Part shown: positions 1 to 10,332 of the stretch, piece after piece | How the letters are laid out: every line of letters starts with the position of its first letter | Position numbering within the stretch: position 1 is the first letter of the stretch | Source of the DNA: a virus | Lineage: Duplodnaviria > Caudoviricetes | DNA: 64,000 bases | Reading direction: 5' to 3' (one strand) | Virus record (IMG/VR): IMGVR_UViG_3300012971_000020 | Location: 6,928 to 70,927 of that record | The notes under the pieces: model-generated | What the model saw: the letters and a program-made list of their open reading frames with translations, nothing else | Told to the model about the DNA's origin: nothing | Databases searched by the model: none | Position numbers and translations under genes: made by a program

Positions 1-2
1 TG

Positions 3-3000
3 AACGAGCAAGGTGGTCTGCGGCAGACCCTGAACCTGCCCCAGGATCCCCATGCTCGAGGTGCGGTCGACCGTGGCTCGGCGGCGGCGACCATGCACAA
101 CCTGTCCGACGAGTTCGGCATCTTCCGGCAGAACATGCAACAGGCCGCGGAGGGTATGGCCACCATCCTGGGGCCGGCGGTCGAAGGGTTACTCAAGGGC
201 CTGGACAAGATGTCCGCGATCCTGGACAAGATCGTCAACGGCCCGATGGGCAAGTTCGCCCAGATGATGATGGGCATCGTCGGGATCCTGTCCAGCGGCG
301 CGGGCATGGCCCTGCTCTTCGGTGCGGCTCTGCTGAAGCTGGCCACCGCCTTCACCATGCTCCGCAGCTCCGGCTCCTACGGTCTCCGCGAGGGACTCAC
401 CGGAGCCGCGACCAGCCGGATCGTCAAGGATCCGGTCACCGGTGCCTGGGGTCCTGCCCCCGGCGGCACGCTCGGTCCTCGAGGCGAGGAGCTGGCAGCC
501 AGTCCCAAGACCAGCTGGTTCATGCGCGGCATGTACAACGCCGGCGTCGTCGGCGGTGGGGTGCTCGGACGCGGAGCTCGAGGCGTACTCGGCACCGACA
601 TCGGGCAGGCCTGGTACGGCGCACGGGAGGCGGTCAGCGCCAAGATCCCGTGGACCATGAACTATCAGCGCCCGGTGGGCACCGCGGTGGACGAGTACGG
701 GTACCCGGCCAGCCTGGGCTACGGGCGTGGCCGGTCCATGCTCTCCTACGCGGCCGGTGGCGCGGGCCGGTTCATCCAGAACTTCGTCACTCCGACCTTC
801 GACCAGATGCGGTTCCGTAACGCCACCGAGCGCACCATCTGGGCCGGCAACGAGGCACCCTGGTCCGGCTTCATGCAGCGCACAAGGCTGGCCGCGCAGA
901 TGGGCGACGTGGCCACCGGGCAGTCCCAGCTGACCCAGATCCGCAAGGCCGAGCTCCAGGTGCGTCAGGACCCGATGCTGACCAACGCGGAGCGGCAGGC
1001 TCGTCTGGATAACATCGCGACACTCAAGCGGGAGGCCAAGGAGCGACTGAACTCCGCTCAGTACATGGAGCGCTCCACTCGGGAGGAGATCAACCAGGCC
1101 CAGCCGCTGATCCAGGCCAAGGCGGACGAGACCGTCGGCACCCAGCGACTGAGCACGGCGCTGAAGGATCTGGGTGTCCAGGTCGGAGGCTCCATCTTCG
1201 GCAAGGAAGGCGCGATCGCCACCGGCATGAAGGCGATGCCCAAGCTCCTCGGCACCCAGGCCGGGATGATGGGCCTGGGCATGGTCGGCGCGACCGGGCT
1301 GAGCGCGATGGGGGTGCAGAACAACGCGCTGATGTTCGGCTCGATGGGCCTGATGACCGGCAACCCCTACATCGCTGCTGCGATGGCCGGCACCGGTGTG
1401 CTCGTGGACTCCTACAACCAGTACAAGCAGGGCCAGAGCACCATCGCGGCCTACAACCAGGCGTGGCAGAAGGGCGCGCCCACCGACATCCAGCAGGCCA
1501 CCATGGACCTGCAGAAGCAGTACCAGGCCAACGAGGCTCTGAGGGCTCCGGGCAGCCTGCTCACCAAGATCCCGGTCGTGGGTGGGCCGCTCACCCAGGG
1601 TCTGGGGTACCTGGGTCCGATCGGTCAGGCACTCTCGTTCTCGCCATCCCAGATCTACCAGGGCGGCACTCAAGGCCTCGGTGACATCATCCACGGGCAC
1701 CTGCCCGGCTATACCGCCAACCAGACCGCGAACAAGTACTACGAGTCGCAGCAGAACCAGCAGAACCTGGTCGGCGCGATCAGTGCCATCTCCTCCCAGG
1801 CCGGCACGCCGCTCAAGGGCTTCAACTTCAAGTCCGACACCGACTGGCAGAAGCTCGACACGATCGTGTCCAACCTGCAGCCGGCGATGGACAAGCTGCA
1901 CGTCACCACCGACGACATCGTCAAGGCCTGGACCAACGCCGACACCGAGAAGGGTCGCCAGAACTGGGTCAAGCTCATGAACGAGCTGGTCGACCCGCTG
2001 AAGGCCGGCAAGGTCTACCCGAGTCTGCTCGCCCACGGCGGCACCGGGGCGATCATGCAGCAGGACTACATGTCCCGGCAGTCCGAGCAGTTCCAGAGCA
2101 ACGTCGGTGACTTCTACCAGGCGACCCAGGACATCTTCAGGACCGCGCAGGAGCAGGGCTCGGGCTACCTGAAGATCCTCAAGCAGGCCGAGATGGCCCA
2201 GTACCGGATCGGAGACGAGAACTCTCGAGCCTTCGACCTGCAGCTGGCGGTTGCCCAGCAGGCTCAGCAGGGACTGGCGCTGAAGGCACCGCTGATGTCT
2301 CGAGCCCAGCAGTTCCAGCAGAACATCCAGCAGGGCGAGATCTGGTCGTCCATCCCGATCACCTCGAAGACGACCCAGACCCAGTTGAACGCCATCCAGC
2401 AGGGCAAGCAGACGACTGCCCAGGGCTTCGTGGACATGGCCCAGTACTTCCAGCAGCTGCTGCTCAACCAGCAGGCCTACGACCGCCAGCGCCGGCGCAT
2501 GCAGGACGACTACGCGCTGCAGCAGAAGTACCAGCAGGAGGACTACAACCTCCAGCGGACCAGGGAGGAAGAGGACTACCAGCTGCAGCGGTCACGGGCG
2601 ATCCAGGACTACAACATCCAGGTCAGCCAGGCCAACTACGACTTCAACCTCCAGCGCAAGCGCTCGGAGGAGGACTACCAGCACTCCATCCTGGTGATGG
2701 CCGAGCAGTCGGCTCAGCAGCAGATGGACATCTACCAGCGGGTCCAGGTCCAGCAGACCTACTCGGCGTCCTGGCAGGTGTCGAACGCCGCGGACCAGCT
2801 CCAGGTGCTCAAGAACCAGCACCAGGACCTGGCCAAGCTGCGGGCCGAGGGCCTGACCAACGTGGCCATCCAGCAGCTGAAGCTGAGCGACCCGGCCAAC
2901 GCCCAACAGCTCGAGCGGGACGTGGTCGAGTTCACCCCGAAGATCATCCGGCAGATGAACCAGGTGGCCGGCACCGAGCGGGTCAAGCTGTTCAAGCAGA

Positions 3001-5051
3001 ACATGATGGACCCGGGCAACCTGCAGACCAAGGAGATGCAGTACGAGCACAACAAGCAGATGGCCCGGTCGCTGACCGACTTCCATACCCAGATGGGCCG
3101 GCTGCACGACGAGATGCAGCGGATGCTTGCCCGGATGGCGCAGGACAACATGACGATGCTGGACCGCCAGGCCGAGGACTACGCCACCATGGAGGGTCGC
3201 CAGGCCACTGCGATGCAGACCCAACTGAACCGGATGGCCTCGGACCTGGCCCACCAGGCCGACCAGATCACCGGCAGCCTGAAGTCCATCTACACCCAGG
3301 CCGCGACGGACCTGACCGGCAGCGCCGGTCAGCTGGGCCAGATCGTGCTGGACCAGTTCACCCATGTGAGCAACTCGACCAAGCCCGGCGCGATCAAGCT
3401 GATGCAGGATCTGTCCGCCATCCTGCAGGTGCCCTGGAAGATCCCGGCGGGGATCTCCAACTCCTACAGCTTCCAGAACCGCGGCACCCAGGACATGTCT
3501 CAGCACGGCTACGGCGGGCACAGCACCATAGGGTCGTTCGAGGGTGGCGTGCTGCCCGGCTACACCCCGGGTCGGGATGTGCACCACTTCCAGGGTGAGG
3601 GTGGGAACAGCCTGCACCTGTCCGGTGGCGAGGGGATCATGCGTCCGGAGTGGGTGCGCGCGGTGGGTGGTGCCGCCGCCATCGAGGCGATGAACCACGC
3701 GGCCAAGTACGGCGGGTTCGCCACCGGCGGGGTGTACCGGCCGATCAACGTCCCGGTGAGCCGAGGGATCCACGACACCAACGTCGGGTTCGGTGCTGCG
3801 CTCGACTTCGCGGCCTCGGTCGGGCATCCGGTGTACGCGGTGTCCACGGGCAACATCACCCAGTCTCGAGACATCGCCGGACCGCTGCCGACCGACCAGT
3901 TCCACGACCCGCAGTACGGGCCGTACGGTTCGTACGGTCGAGTGATGTACCTGAAGCTCGACATCGGCCCCGAGGTGCTCTACGCCCACCTGAGCAAGCG
4001 CGGCTTCAACTCCGGCGCTCGAGTGCTGGGTGGTCAGGCGATCGGTCTGTCCGGCTCCTCGGGCAACTCCTCGGGCCCGCACCTGCACTTCGGCGACAAC
4101 GACGGCAACCCGTACGAGTTCGTGGTCAACAACGACTCGAACCAGGAGTTCCATGGCAAGGGGGTCAGTGGTGACACCATCGCCGCGGCGACCACCCTGG
4201 ACAGGCAGACCCTGCGCAGGAAGCTGATGGCCCGGCTCCAGACCTACTACGAACGGGCCGAGAAGGCCGCGATGAACATGGCTGGTGCGCGGCCGATGGC
4301 TCACCACGGTGACATCTCCTCGATCATCAACCGGATGGCCAAGCAGTACATCCGGACGATGGTGACGCGCTACGGCACCGCCGGCGGAGGCGACGGTCAG
4401 CACGTCGCTGCGGCTCCGGGAGATCCCAAGGGCAACGTCGCGCTCGGACAGTCGATGGCTGCCATGGCTCCCTACAACTGGACCGGGACTCAGTGGGATG
4501 CGCTGTACCAGCTCTGGGAGCACGAGTCCGGCTGGCGCACCAACGCCGACAACCCGACCTCGCCGGCCTACGGCATCCCGCAGTCGGACCCCGGATCCAA
4601 GATGTCGGCTGCCGGTGCGGACTGGGCGACCAACCCGGCCACCCAGATCGCCTGGGGCTTGAACTACATCCAGGCCGTGTACAACAACCCGGCCCACGCC
4701 TGGTCGCTGTGGCAGAGCCGGAACCCGCACTGGTACCAGAACGGAGCGCTGTTCGACAAGCCGAACATGATCGGGGTCGGGGAGCACGGTCCCGAGGCGG
4801 TGATCCCGCTGAACGACCGCGGTGCCAGCTTCATGTCCGACGTGATGGCACACACCATGGGCGGGCGCAACGTGGCCGCGATGCGGGGTGGCTGCACCCA
4901 CGTCTACGCCACTCGGGTGGACCAGTCCACCAACTTCACCGGGGCGATCACGGTGCAGGCCAACAACCCCCAGGAGCTGATCAACCAGCTCAAGGCGCGC
5001 CAGCGGGTGATGGCTCTGAGCCGACCAGCACTGACAGGATCAGCGGCATGA
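3..5051 (+). CDS. Tape measure protein (5'-truncated) with C-terminal M23 peptidase-like and SLT/lytic transglycosylase-like domains
   Basis: Frame is open from base 3 (track ORF 93..5051, 1652 aa). Ala/Gly-rich helical and Gln-rich coiled segments; M23 motifs (YAHLS, GPHLHF); SLT-like motif LWEHESGW...AYGIPQ...NPATQIAWGLNYI; GEHGPEAVIPL motif; immediately precedes tail genes. Confidence 0.9.
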   Translation, partial: NEQGGLRQTLNLPQDPHARGAVDRGSAAATMHNLSDEFGIFRQNMQQAAEGMATILGPAVEGLLKGLDKMSAILDKIVNGPMGKFAQMMMGIVGILSSGAGMALLFGAALLKLATAFTMLRSSGSYGLREGLTGAATSRIVKDPVTGAWGPAPGGTLGPRGEELAASPKTSWFMRGMYNAGVVGGGVLGRGARGVLGTDIGQAWYGAREAVSAKIPWTMNYQRPVGTAVDEYGYPASLGYGRGRSMLSYAAGGAGRFIQNFVTPTFDQMRFRNATERTIWAGNEAPWSGFMQRTRLAAQMGDVATGQSQLTQIRKAELQVRQDPMLTNAERQARLDNIATLKREAKERLNSAQYMERSTREEINQAQPLIQAKADETVGTQRLSTALKDLGVQVGGSIFGKEGAIATGMKAMPKLLGTQAGMMGLGMVGATGLSAMGVQNNALMFGSMGLMTGNPYIAAAMAGTGVLVDSYNQYKQGQSTIAAYNQAWQKGAPTDIQQATMDLQKQYQANEALRAPGSLLTKIPVVGGPLTQGLGYLGPIGQALSFSPSQIYQGGTQGLGDIIHGHLPGYTANQTANKYYESQQNQQNLVGAISAISSQAGTPLKGFNFKSDTDWQKLDTIVSNLQPAMDKLHVTTDDIVKAWTNADTEKGRQNWVKLMNELVDPLKAGKVYPSLLAHGGTGAIMQQDYMSRQSEQFQSNVGDFYQATQDIFRTAQEQGSGYLKILKQAEMAQYRIGDENSRAFDLQLAVAQQAQQGLALKAPLMSRAQQFQQNIQQGEIWSSIPITSKTTQTQLNAIQQGKQTTAQGFVDMAQYFQQLLLNQQAYDRQRRRMQDDYALQQKYQQEDYNLQRTREEEDYQLQRSRAIQDYNIQVSQANYDFNLQRKRSEEDYQHSILVMAEQSAQQQMDIYQRVQVQQTYSASWQVSNAADQLQVLKNQHQDLAKLRAEGLTNVAIQQLKLSDPANAQQLERDVVEFTPKIIRQMNQVAGTERVKLFKQNMMDPGNLQTKEMQYEHNKQMARSLTDFHTQMGRLHDEMQRMLARMAQDNMTMLDRQAEDYATMEGRQATAMQTQLNRMASDLAHQADQITGSLKSIYTQAATDLTGSAGQLGQIVLDQFTHVSNSTKPGAIKLMQDLSAILQVPWKIPAGISNSYSFQNRGTQDMSQHGYGGHSTIGSFEGGVLPGYTPGRDVHHFQGEGGNSLHLSGGEGIMRPEWVRAVGGAAAIEAMNHAAKYGGFATGGVYRPINVPVSRGIHDTNVGFGAALDFAASVGHPVYAVSTGNITQSRDIAGPLPTDQFHDPQYGPYGSYGRVMYLKLDIGPEVLYAHLSKRGFNSGARVLGGQAIGLSGSSGNSSGPHLHFGDNDGNPYEFVVNNDSNQEFHGKGVSGDTIAAATTLDRQTLRRKLMARLQTYYERAEKAAMNMAGARPMAHHGDISSIINRMAKQYIRTMVTRYGTAGGGDGQHVAAAPGDPKGNVALGQSMAAMAPYNWTGTQWDALYQLWEHESGWRTNADNPTSPAYGIPQSDPGSKMSAAGADWATNPATQIAWGLNYIQAVYNNPAHAWSLWQSRNPHWYQNGALFDKPNMIGVGEHGPEAVIPLNDRGASFMSDVMAHTMGGRNVAAMRGGCTHVYATRVDQSTNFTGAITVQANNPQELINQLKARQRVMALSRPALTGSAA

Positions 5052-5536
5052 CCAACCAGCTCTTCACTGGTCCGGGGATGGGCCAGGCTCCCAGCTCGGG
5101 GCTGAGTTACCTGGCTGTGGAGGTCTCGTGGGGAACCCGTTGGGTGAACATCAACGACCACGAGATGTACCGGATCGCCGGTGATCAGACCATGGAGACC
5201 ACGGCCAAGAGCTGGCGCAAGGTGACCGCCCAGTCCCCTGTGCTGGGCGGCACGTACCTGGTGCATGCGGTGCCGGAGATGGTCTCCGAGCAGGTCGGGG
5301 TGTGGGTCTACGGCAGCACCCAGCCGGAGCTGAGCGACAACCTGTTCAACCTCCAGGAGCTGTTCCAGCAGTACGACTACAACATGCGCTGGACCTTCGA
5401 CGACTACCGGGAGACCTGGCACTGCCAGCTGGCCGACACCACCGTGTCCAGGGGCCAGGTCTGGACGCACAGCATCATGGCCCGGTGTCAGTTCACCATC
5501 CCGCGCTGGCCCGACCTGACCCGAGAGCACTACTGA
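5048..5536 (+). CDS. Distal tail (Dit-like) or minor tail protein
   Basis: ATGA overlap with the tape measure stop; position directly after the TMP; beta-rich composition. Confidence 0.6.
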   Translation: MTNQLFTGPGMGQAPSSGLSYLAVEVSWGTRWVNINDHEMYRIAGDQTMETTAKSWRKVTAQSPVLGGTYLVHAVPEMVSEQVGVWVYGSTQPELSDNLFNLQELFQQYDYNMRWTFDDYRETWHCQLADTTVSRGQVWTHSIMARCQFTIPRWPDLTREHY

Positions 5537-5979
5537 TGGCCGGCCGGCTCACCCTGTGGGGAGCCCAGCAGCTGCTCACCGGCTACTTCGGTCAGACCAT
5601 CGCTCCGCCGGCCAGCTTCTACGTGGCCCTGATCGTGTCCGTACCACCTACCCCGTTCATGGACGGCTCGGACCTGGACGAGCCCACCATCGAGGACTAC
5701 GCCCGGGTGGCGCTGCCCAACGACATCGTGAACTGGGCCAACGACTCCGAGCCCCAGGTGGTCTACAACATCCTGCCGCTGAACTTCCCGACCGCCACGG
5801 TGGACTGGGGGATCCTGAACTACTGGGCGATCTGTGACGCGCCGGTGGAGGGCAACAATCTGATCGTGGGCGACCTCGAGCAGCCCATCGAGATCAACGC
5901 CGGTGACCAGGCCGCGTTCGACGAAGGGGATCTGAGTGTGTCCCTCGGGCCGTTCTACCTGCCCGAGGACGTGACCTGA
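5536..5979 (+). CDS. Minor tail protein
   Basis: TGATG coupling; FYVAL...YARVAL...FPTAT.DWG...WAICDA..GN motif pattern typical of small phage tail proteins; resembles 9285..9650. Confidence 0.65.
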   Translation: MAGRLTLWGAQQLLTGYFGQTIAPPASFYVALIVSVPPTPFMDGSDLDEPTIEDYARVALPNDIVNWANDSEPQVVYNILPLNFPTATVDWGILNYWAICDAPVEGNNLIVGDLEQPIEINAGDQAAFDEGDLSVSLGPFYLPEDVT

Positions 5980-6956
5980 TGGCTCGGATCAAGATGCCGA
6001 TCGGGGCGACCCAGGTGGTCCTGGCGGCTCGAGCCAAGCCGAAGTGGATCCCGCCGGCGCTGCTCCAGGCTCCCGGCGGGCTGTACCCGATGCTGAGCGC
6101 GGCCTACGAGGTGGACGAGTACCGGCTCGACGCCGGCTGGCCGGTCGCGGTGCCGGACATCGACATCCGGATCCATGTCCTGGCCAGCTGTGACGGGGAG
6201 GTGCTGGCTCAGCGCGACGACCCGCTGTCCCTGCAGACCAACGCCGACTTCCGCTGGGTGGCCGACAGCAACTACTGGGATCCGGTGGCCTTCCAATGGA
6301 CCGCGATGTCGGGGGATGTCTCGCCCTGGGTAGCGGACCCGGCCGAGGCTCCCACCCTGTACCCGACCTACCAGTACACGGTGGGCAACGAGCGGTTCAC
6401 CGATGTCACGGTGCTGAACTTCGACTCCGACACCAACGACTTCCTGACCAACGACTTCTCCGAGGTGATGGGCGGGGTGATGGGCTACACCGTGATCATG
6501 GTGCTCAACCCGAACTCCATCTACGGCAATGACCCGAACATCGTCTCCAACGCGCTGTGGTCACCAGACAGCCTGAGCGGTGCCTACGCCGCGTTCACCA
6601 TCCAGGACCAGGCGGTGTACCTGAACACCGAGACCGGTGCGCCGCAGAAGGGGCCGAGCATCGGTGACTCGTTGGCCGACACCGCGCCGATGTATCTGGC
6701 GCTGGTGGTGAACAGGCCGCAGACGACGATCTATGCCGGTCCTGGGACCTCGAGCATCCGGTCTAAGGGTTTGGTCGCAGGCACTGCTCCTGAGTCCCTG
6801 AGCACCCAGTTCTGGCTCGGGAACAGCCCCTTGAGCGGTGCTGGGTCCATGGACATGGCGCTGATGGACCTAGGGGTCTATGCCAACCCGCTGACCAAGG
6901 CCGAGGTGCTGGCCGAGTTCGCCACCCTGAGCGGTTCCTACGGAGGCAACAAGTGA
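5979..6956 (+). CDS. Minor tail protein, LamG/concanavalin-like C-terminal domain
   Basis: 325 aa, coupled start; beta-sandwich-like pattern ending MALMDLGVYANPLTKAEV; tail operon context. Confidence 0.6.
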   Translation: MARIKMPIGATQVVLAARAKPKWIPPALLQAPGGLYPMLSAAYEVDEYRLDAGWPVAVPDIDIRIHVLASCDGEVLAQRDDPLSLQTNADFRWVADSNYWDPVAFQWTAMSGDVSPWVADPAEAPTLYPTYQYTVGNERFTDVTVLNFDSDTNDFLTNDFSEVMGGVMGYTVIMVLNPNSIYGNDPNIVSNALWSPDSLSGAYAAFTIQDQAVYLNTETGAPQKGPSIGDSLADTAPMYLALVVNRPQTTIYAGPGTSSIRSKGLVAGTAPESLSTQFWLGNSPLSGAGSMDMALMDLGVYANPLTKAEVLAEFATLSGSYGGNK

Positions 6957-6969
6957 CGGAGTCAGCATC

Positions 6970-9276
6970 GTGAAGTCGCTGTCGGCCTATGCCAGCGAGC
7001 AGGAGCAGATGGGCTTCTTCCGGATCTTCGCCACGCCTCCTGGCGGAGTGACTCGGGAGATCACCCTGTTCCGGGACGCGCCGATCAAGGTCAGCTCGGT
7101 AGTCACCCAGGATCCGTTCACCCACACCACGGCCACCCTGTCCTGTCCGCAGATCACGGTCTGGGACACCCCGGGCGAGGGCGACCTGAAGTGGCTGGTG
7201 CCGAACTGCAACATCGACATCGTCTTCGCCAACACCGGGGCCTACAACATCGACTGGAAGTGGGAGGGCTACATCGCCTCCTACAACCTGAACCTGACCG
7301 GGGCCGACTCCAGCTTCGAGCTGGACCTGAAGGGTGCCTTCTACGGGCTGGACGACTACCTGGCCATGCCGATGTACCCGAACCGGCCGATCCCCTACGA
7401 GATCCTGATCGCGATGGCCTTCGACCAGGACCAGCACCCGTGCAGCCTGGGTCGGTTCCGGATGATGTTCCCGGACTGGTGGACGCTGCGGGTCAAGCCG
7501 TTCAAGTCCCCGGACTACCTGTCCGCGCTGAAGCCCTGGGGAGTGCGGACCCACGATCCCTGGACCGGGATCACCACCCGGCAGACCGGGAGCTGGGACG
7601 CGCTGCTGAGCAGCCATGTACAGACCCTGCTGTCCAACATGTTCGCCGAGGGCGGGGCGCAGTGGAGCATCCGGAACCGTGGTGGACGTAGGCCCGAGCT
7701 CTACCTGCGCGAGATCCCCGACGCCAGCGACGACTCGATCATCGAGATCGTGCTGGGCGCACCGGGCGTGGAGCTGCAGGCATCCAGGGACTACACCCAG
7801 CGCACCGGCGTGGTCTACGGCTACGGGACCGACGAGGCCGGCATCTCCTTCTCCAACGTCCAGGTCTCACCCGACGGCAAGACCACCTACTACAAGCCGT
7901 TCGCCTGGAACCCGGAGATGTACCCGCGCACCGGCAACCCGAACTTCAACAAGAACGTGAAGCCCAAGGAGACGGTGATCCAGTTCGACGCCAACATCGA
8001 CGAGGTCGGTGCCCAACGGGTCGCGGAGGGGCAGTACCAGCGGTTCAGCGAGCCCGGGATCACCGGCAGCGTCACCCTGACCACCGACCCCCGGCTGTCC
8101 AGCGGCCAGCTGATGCCGCGGCTACTGATCCAGGGCGGGCAGACCATGCGGCTCAACGGGCTGCTCGGGGTCAGGGACGGGGTGCTGGCCCACATCACCC
8201 AGGCATCGGCGGACTTCGATCAGATGACCACCTCACTGACCTTCGACACCAAGTACCGCGACCAGCTGACCGTGGAGCAGGTCCAGGCGCGTACTCGAGA
8301 CGCGCTGAACCCGGTGCATGCGCTGCAGGTGGGCAAGTACGCCAACACCATCCAGGACCTGGTGCTGCCCTGGTCCTACTCGGCCGGCTCGGGGATGCTG
8401 CCGCTGACCGCGAAGGAGTTCTTCAACGAGAAGCTGGCTCCCTACCCGGACGCGCAGTGGCCGTTCGAGAAGTACACCAAGATGTACCCGCCCTCGAACC
8501 CGGACAGCTCGAGCTACTACGTGAAGATCGGGCCGATGGACCCGAACAACTCGACCAAGAACTGGTCGAGTGTGAAGCGGGACGGACAGCCGGACATGGC
8601 GATCCCGATCCGGCTGAGTCAGGCAGGCACCATCCGGCTGAGCCAGGTTGCGGCCTACGACAAGAACGGGAACGTGATGCGGGTCAAGTTCCACGTCAGC
8701 GTGTACATGACCGACGGGATCGCGGTGCACGGGATGCCCCAGTTCCCGGTGTCCAACACCGACCCGCTGTTTCCCAAGCAGCTGAGCGCCAGGCAGAAGG
8801 GCATCGCCGGGGTCGACGACACCTCGCGACCGGTGATCCCGACCCACTACGGGATCCCGGACACCGGCAAGCCGCACTCGGACCAGACCTACCCGTTCTA
8901 CAAGGGAGCCTGGGAGACCACCCAGCCCAACGGTGAGCAGTGGCCCTGGAACAACGCGGTGAGTGCACCGAATCCACCACCCCTGGTCGGATGGGGGAAC
9001 TTCTATGAGCCTGCCGGCTACTGGCCGGGCCGGTACTCCAAGGGCGCATCGAGGACCGGGCTGCTCCAAGACGATGCCCAGTGGCAGTGGAATGAGACCG
9101 CGCCGGCGGGGCTGGTCTCGATCACCCCGAACACCCAGACCACGCCGCAGCAGGCGAACGCCCAGCAGCAGTACGCCGGGATGGCGTTCGTGATGATCTA
9201 CTGCGACGACCAGCTGGACGAGCCGGTCTACTTCATGGGCCGCTTCATCCGGATGGAACCCGGCCAGAGCAACTAG
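6970..9276 (+). CDS. Large minor tail protein (Tal/hub-like)
   Basis: 768 aa ORF in the tail operon, high GC3 codon usage. Confidence 0.65.
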   Translation: MKSLSAYASEQEQMGFFRIFATPPGGVTREITLFRDAPIKVSSVVTQDPFTHTTATLSCPQITVWDTPGEGDLKWLVPNCNIDIVFANTGAYNIDWKWEGYIASYNLNLTGADSSFELDLKGAFYGLDDYLAMPMYPNRPIPYEILIAMAFDQDQHPCSLGRFRMMFPDWWTLRVKPFKSPDYLSALKPWGVRTHDPWTGITTRQTGSWDALLSSHVQTLLSNMFAEGGAQWSIRNRGGRRPELYLREIPDASDDSIIEIVLGAPGVELQASRDYTQRTGVVYGYGTDEAGISFSNVQVSPDGKTTYYKPFAWNPEMYPRTGNPNFNKNVKPKETVIQFDANIDEVGAQRVAEGQYQRFSEPGITGSVTLTTDPRLSSGQLMPRLLIQGGQTMRLNGLLGVRDGVLAHITQASADFDQMTTSLTFDTKYRDQLTVEQVQARTRDALNPVHALQVGKYANTIQDLVLPWSYSAGSGMLPLTAKEFFNEKLAPYPDAQWPFEKYTKMYPPSNPDSSSYYVKIGPMDPNNSTKNWSSVKRDGQPDMAIPIRLSQAGTIRLSQVAAYDKNGNVMRVKFHVSVYMTDGIAVHGMPQFPVSNTDPLFPKQLSARQKGIAGVDDTSRPVIPTHYGIPDTGKPHSDQTYPFYKGAWETTQPNGEQWPWNNAVSAPNPPPLVGWGNFYEPAGYWPGRYSKGASRTGLLQDDAQWQWNETAPAGLVSITPNTQTTPQQANAQQQYAGMAFVMIYCDDQLDEPVYFMGRFIRMEPGQSN

Positions 9277-9284
9277 GACGCGAC

Positions 9285-9650
9285 ATGGCAGACGGCAGTG
9301 TCACCGACGCACAGGCCAACCTCTGGCTGACCGACATCTCCAGCACCGGTTGGGTCTCCCTGCACTACGACAACCCGAACCTGGGCGGACCGGGCAAGCA
9401 CGAGATCTCCGGGGCCGGCTACACCCGGTACAACCCGGGCTGGACCCAGCCGAACAACCGGACCACCTGGACCAACGACGACTGCCGGTGGTCGGGCCTG
9501 GCTCAGAACAAGCTGACCTACTTCGGGGTCTGGGACCAGCGGCGCAATGGAACCCTGATGGCCTACGGCGAGCTGCCCGACCCGGTCTCGATCCCGGACG
9601 GCGGCGGCTACGTGCTGCACAAGAAGATGATCGTGATCTCCTTCGGCTGA
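9285..9650 (+). CDS. Minor tail protein
   Basis: WVSLHYDNP...EISGAGYTR...YFGVWD...G.LMAYG pattern; resembles 5536..5979. Confidence 0.65.
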   Translation: MADGSVTDAQANLWLTDISSTGWVSLHYDNPNLGGPGKHEISGAGYTRYNPGWTQPNNRTTWTNDDCRWSGLAQNKLTYFGVWDQRRNGTLMAYGELPDPVSIPDGGGYVLHKKMIVISFG

Positions 9651-9657
9651 CCTGGTT

Positions 9658-9972
9658 TTGGATACCCTAAAAACTGTGAGAGCAGCCAAGACGGCGAACG
9701 AGAAGTACCCGCAGCGCGCGCCAGTGCGCATGGAGATTGCCAGGCAGTACCTCGGTGGTACGTGCTCAGTGTGTGGTGGAGATGACCGAGTGTGCTTCGA
9801 CCACATCGACCCGGCGACCAAGATCCTCGGCATCAGCGAGGCAGCAGTCCAGATGCCTGAGGTGATGTTCTGGAGAGAGGTCCAGAAGTGTCAGCTCCTC
9901 TGTCACGAGCACCACTGGGAGAAGACGCGGGTGGACCGTAAGGTGCGAGGGCCCTACCGGAAAAGGGCATAA
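9658..9972 (+). CDS. HNH endonuclease
   Basis: CSVCG...FDHIDP...CQLLCHEHH motif; the true start may be the GTG at 9676 (TACCCT 7 nt upstream). Confidence 0.75.
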   Translation: MDTLKTVRAAKTANEKYPQRAPVRMEIARQYLGGTCSVCGGDDRVCFDHIDPATKILGISEAAVQMPEVMFWREVQKCQLLCHEHHWEKTRVDRKVRGPYRKRA

Positions 9973-10027
9973 AAAAAGACCGGGTGGTCCCTCCCCCCAC
10001 CCGAAGGTGAGGGGAGGGAGTCGGTTC
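9971..10027 (-). terminator. Intrinsic terminator of the leftward early arm
   Basis: On the minus strand a GC stem (ccctcccc..cacc-ttcg-ggtg..gggaggg) followed by T7; lies at the convergence of the tail operon and the early arm. Confidence 0.75.
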
Positions 10028-10040
10028 CTTACATGACCGA

Positions 10041-10079
10041 CCCCCGGAGGCTCCCGTGTACACGGGCTCCCTCCGGGGG
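10041..10079. repeat. Inverted repeat containing a perfect 14-bp palindrome
   Basis: cccccggag...ctccggggg arms around cccgtgtacacggg. Confidence 0.6.
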
Positions 10080-10086
10080 CCGGGGT

Positions 10087-10332
10087 CTAGTTCCAGCGCG
10101 CGTTCTTGCGCAGCTGGTCGTACTTGTCGAGCTTGGCGAGCTCGCGACGCTGGGCACCCATGATCAGCACCTTGCGCGCCCAGTAGCCCGAGACCGCCAG
10201 GGCGAAGGTGTTGACGGTGGTCCAGTTGTTGCCCTGGTCGATCCAGAAGATCAGCACGAACTGGAAGACGCCGCCGAGCAGCCAGAAGCAACAGGCGAAC
10301 CGGCCGGCGAGATCGGACTCACGCCACTTCAT
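10087..10332 (-). CDS. Small two-TM membrane protein
   Basis: 81 aa, MKWRESD...; two hydrophobic segments; ATGA coupling to the upstream gene. Confidence 0.65.
   Translation of the reverse strand: MKWRESDLAGRFACCFWLLGGVFQFVLIFWIDQGNNWTTVNTFALAVSGYWARKVLIMGAQRRELAKLDKYDQLRKNARWN

Noticed and set aside
189-4901. Long antisense ORFs (e.g. 189..2036, 2592..4901; also 11676..13313, 26365..27702, 57816..59273, 60157..61908)
   Set aside because: Shadow ORFs produced by the high GC3 of the true genes on the opposite strand; no SD and no recognisable motifs.
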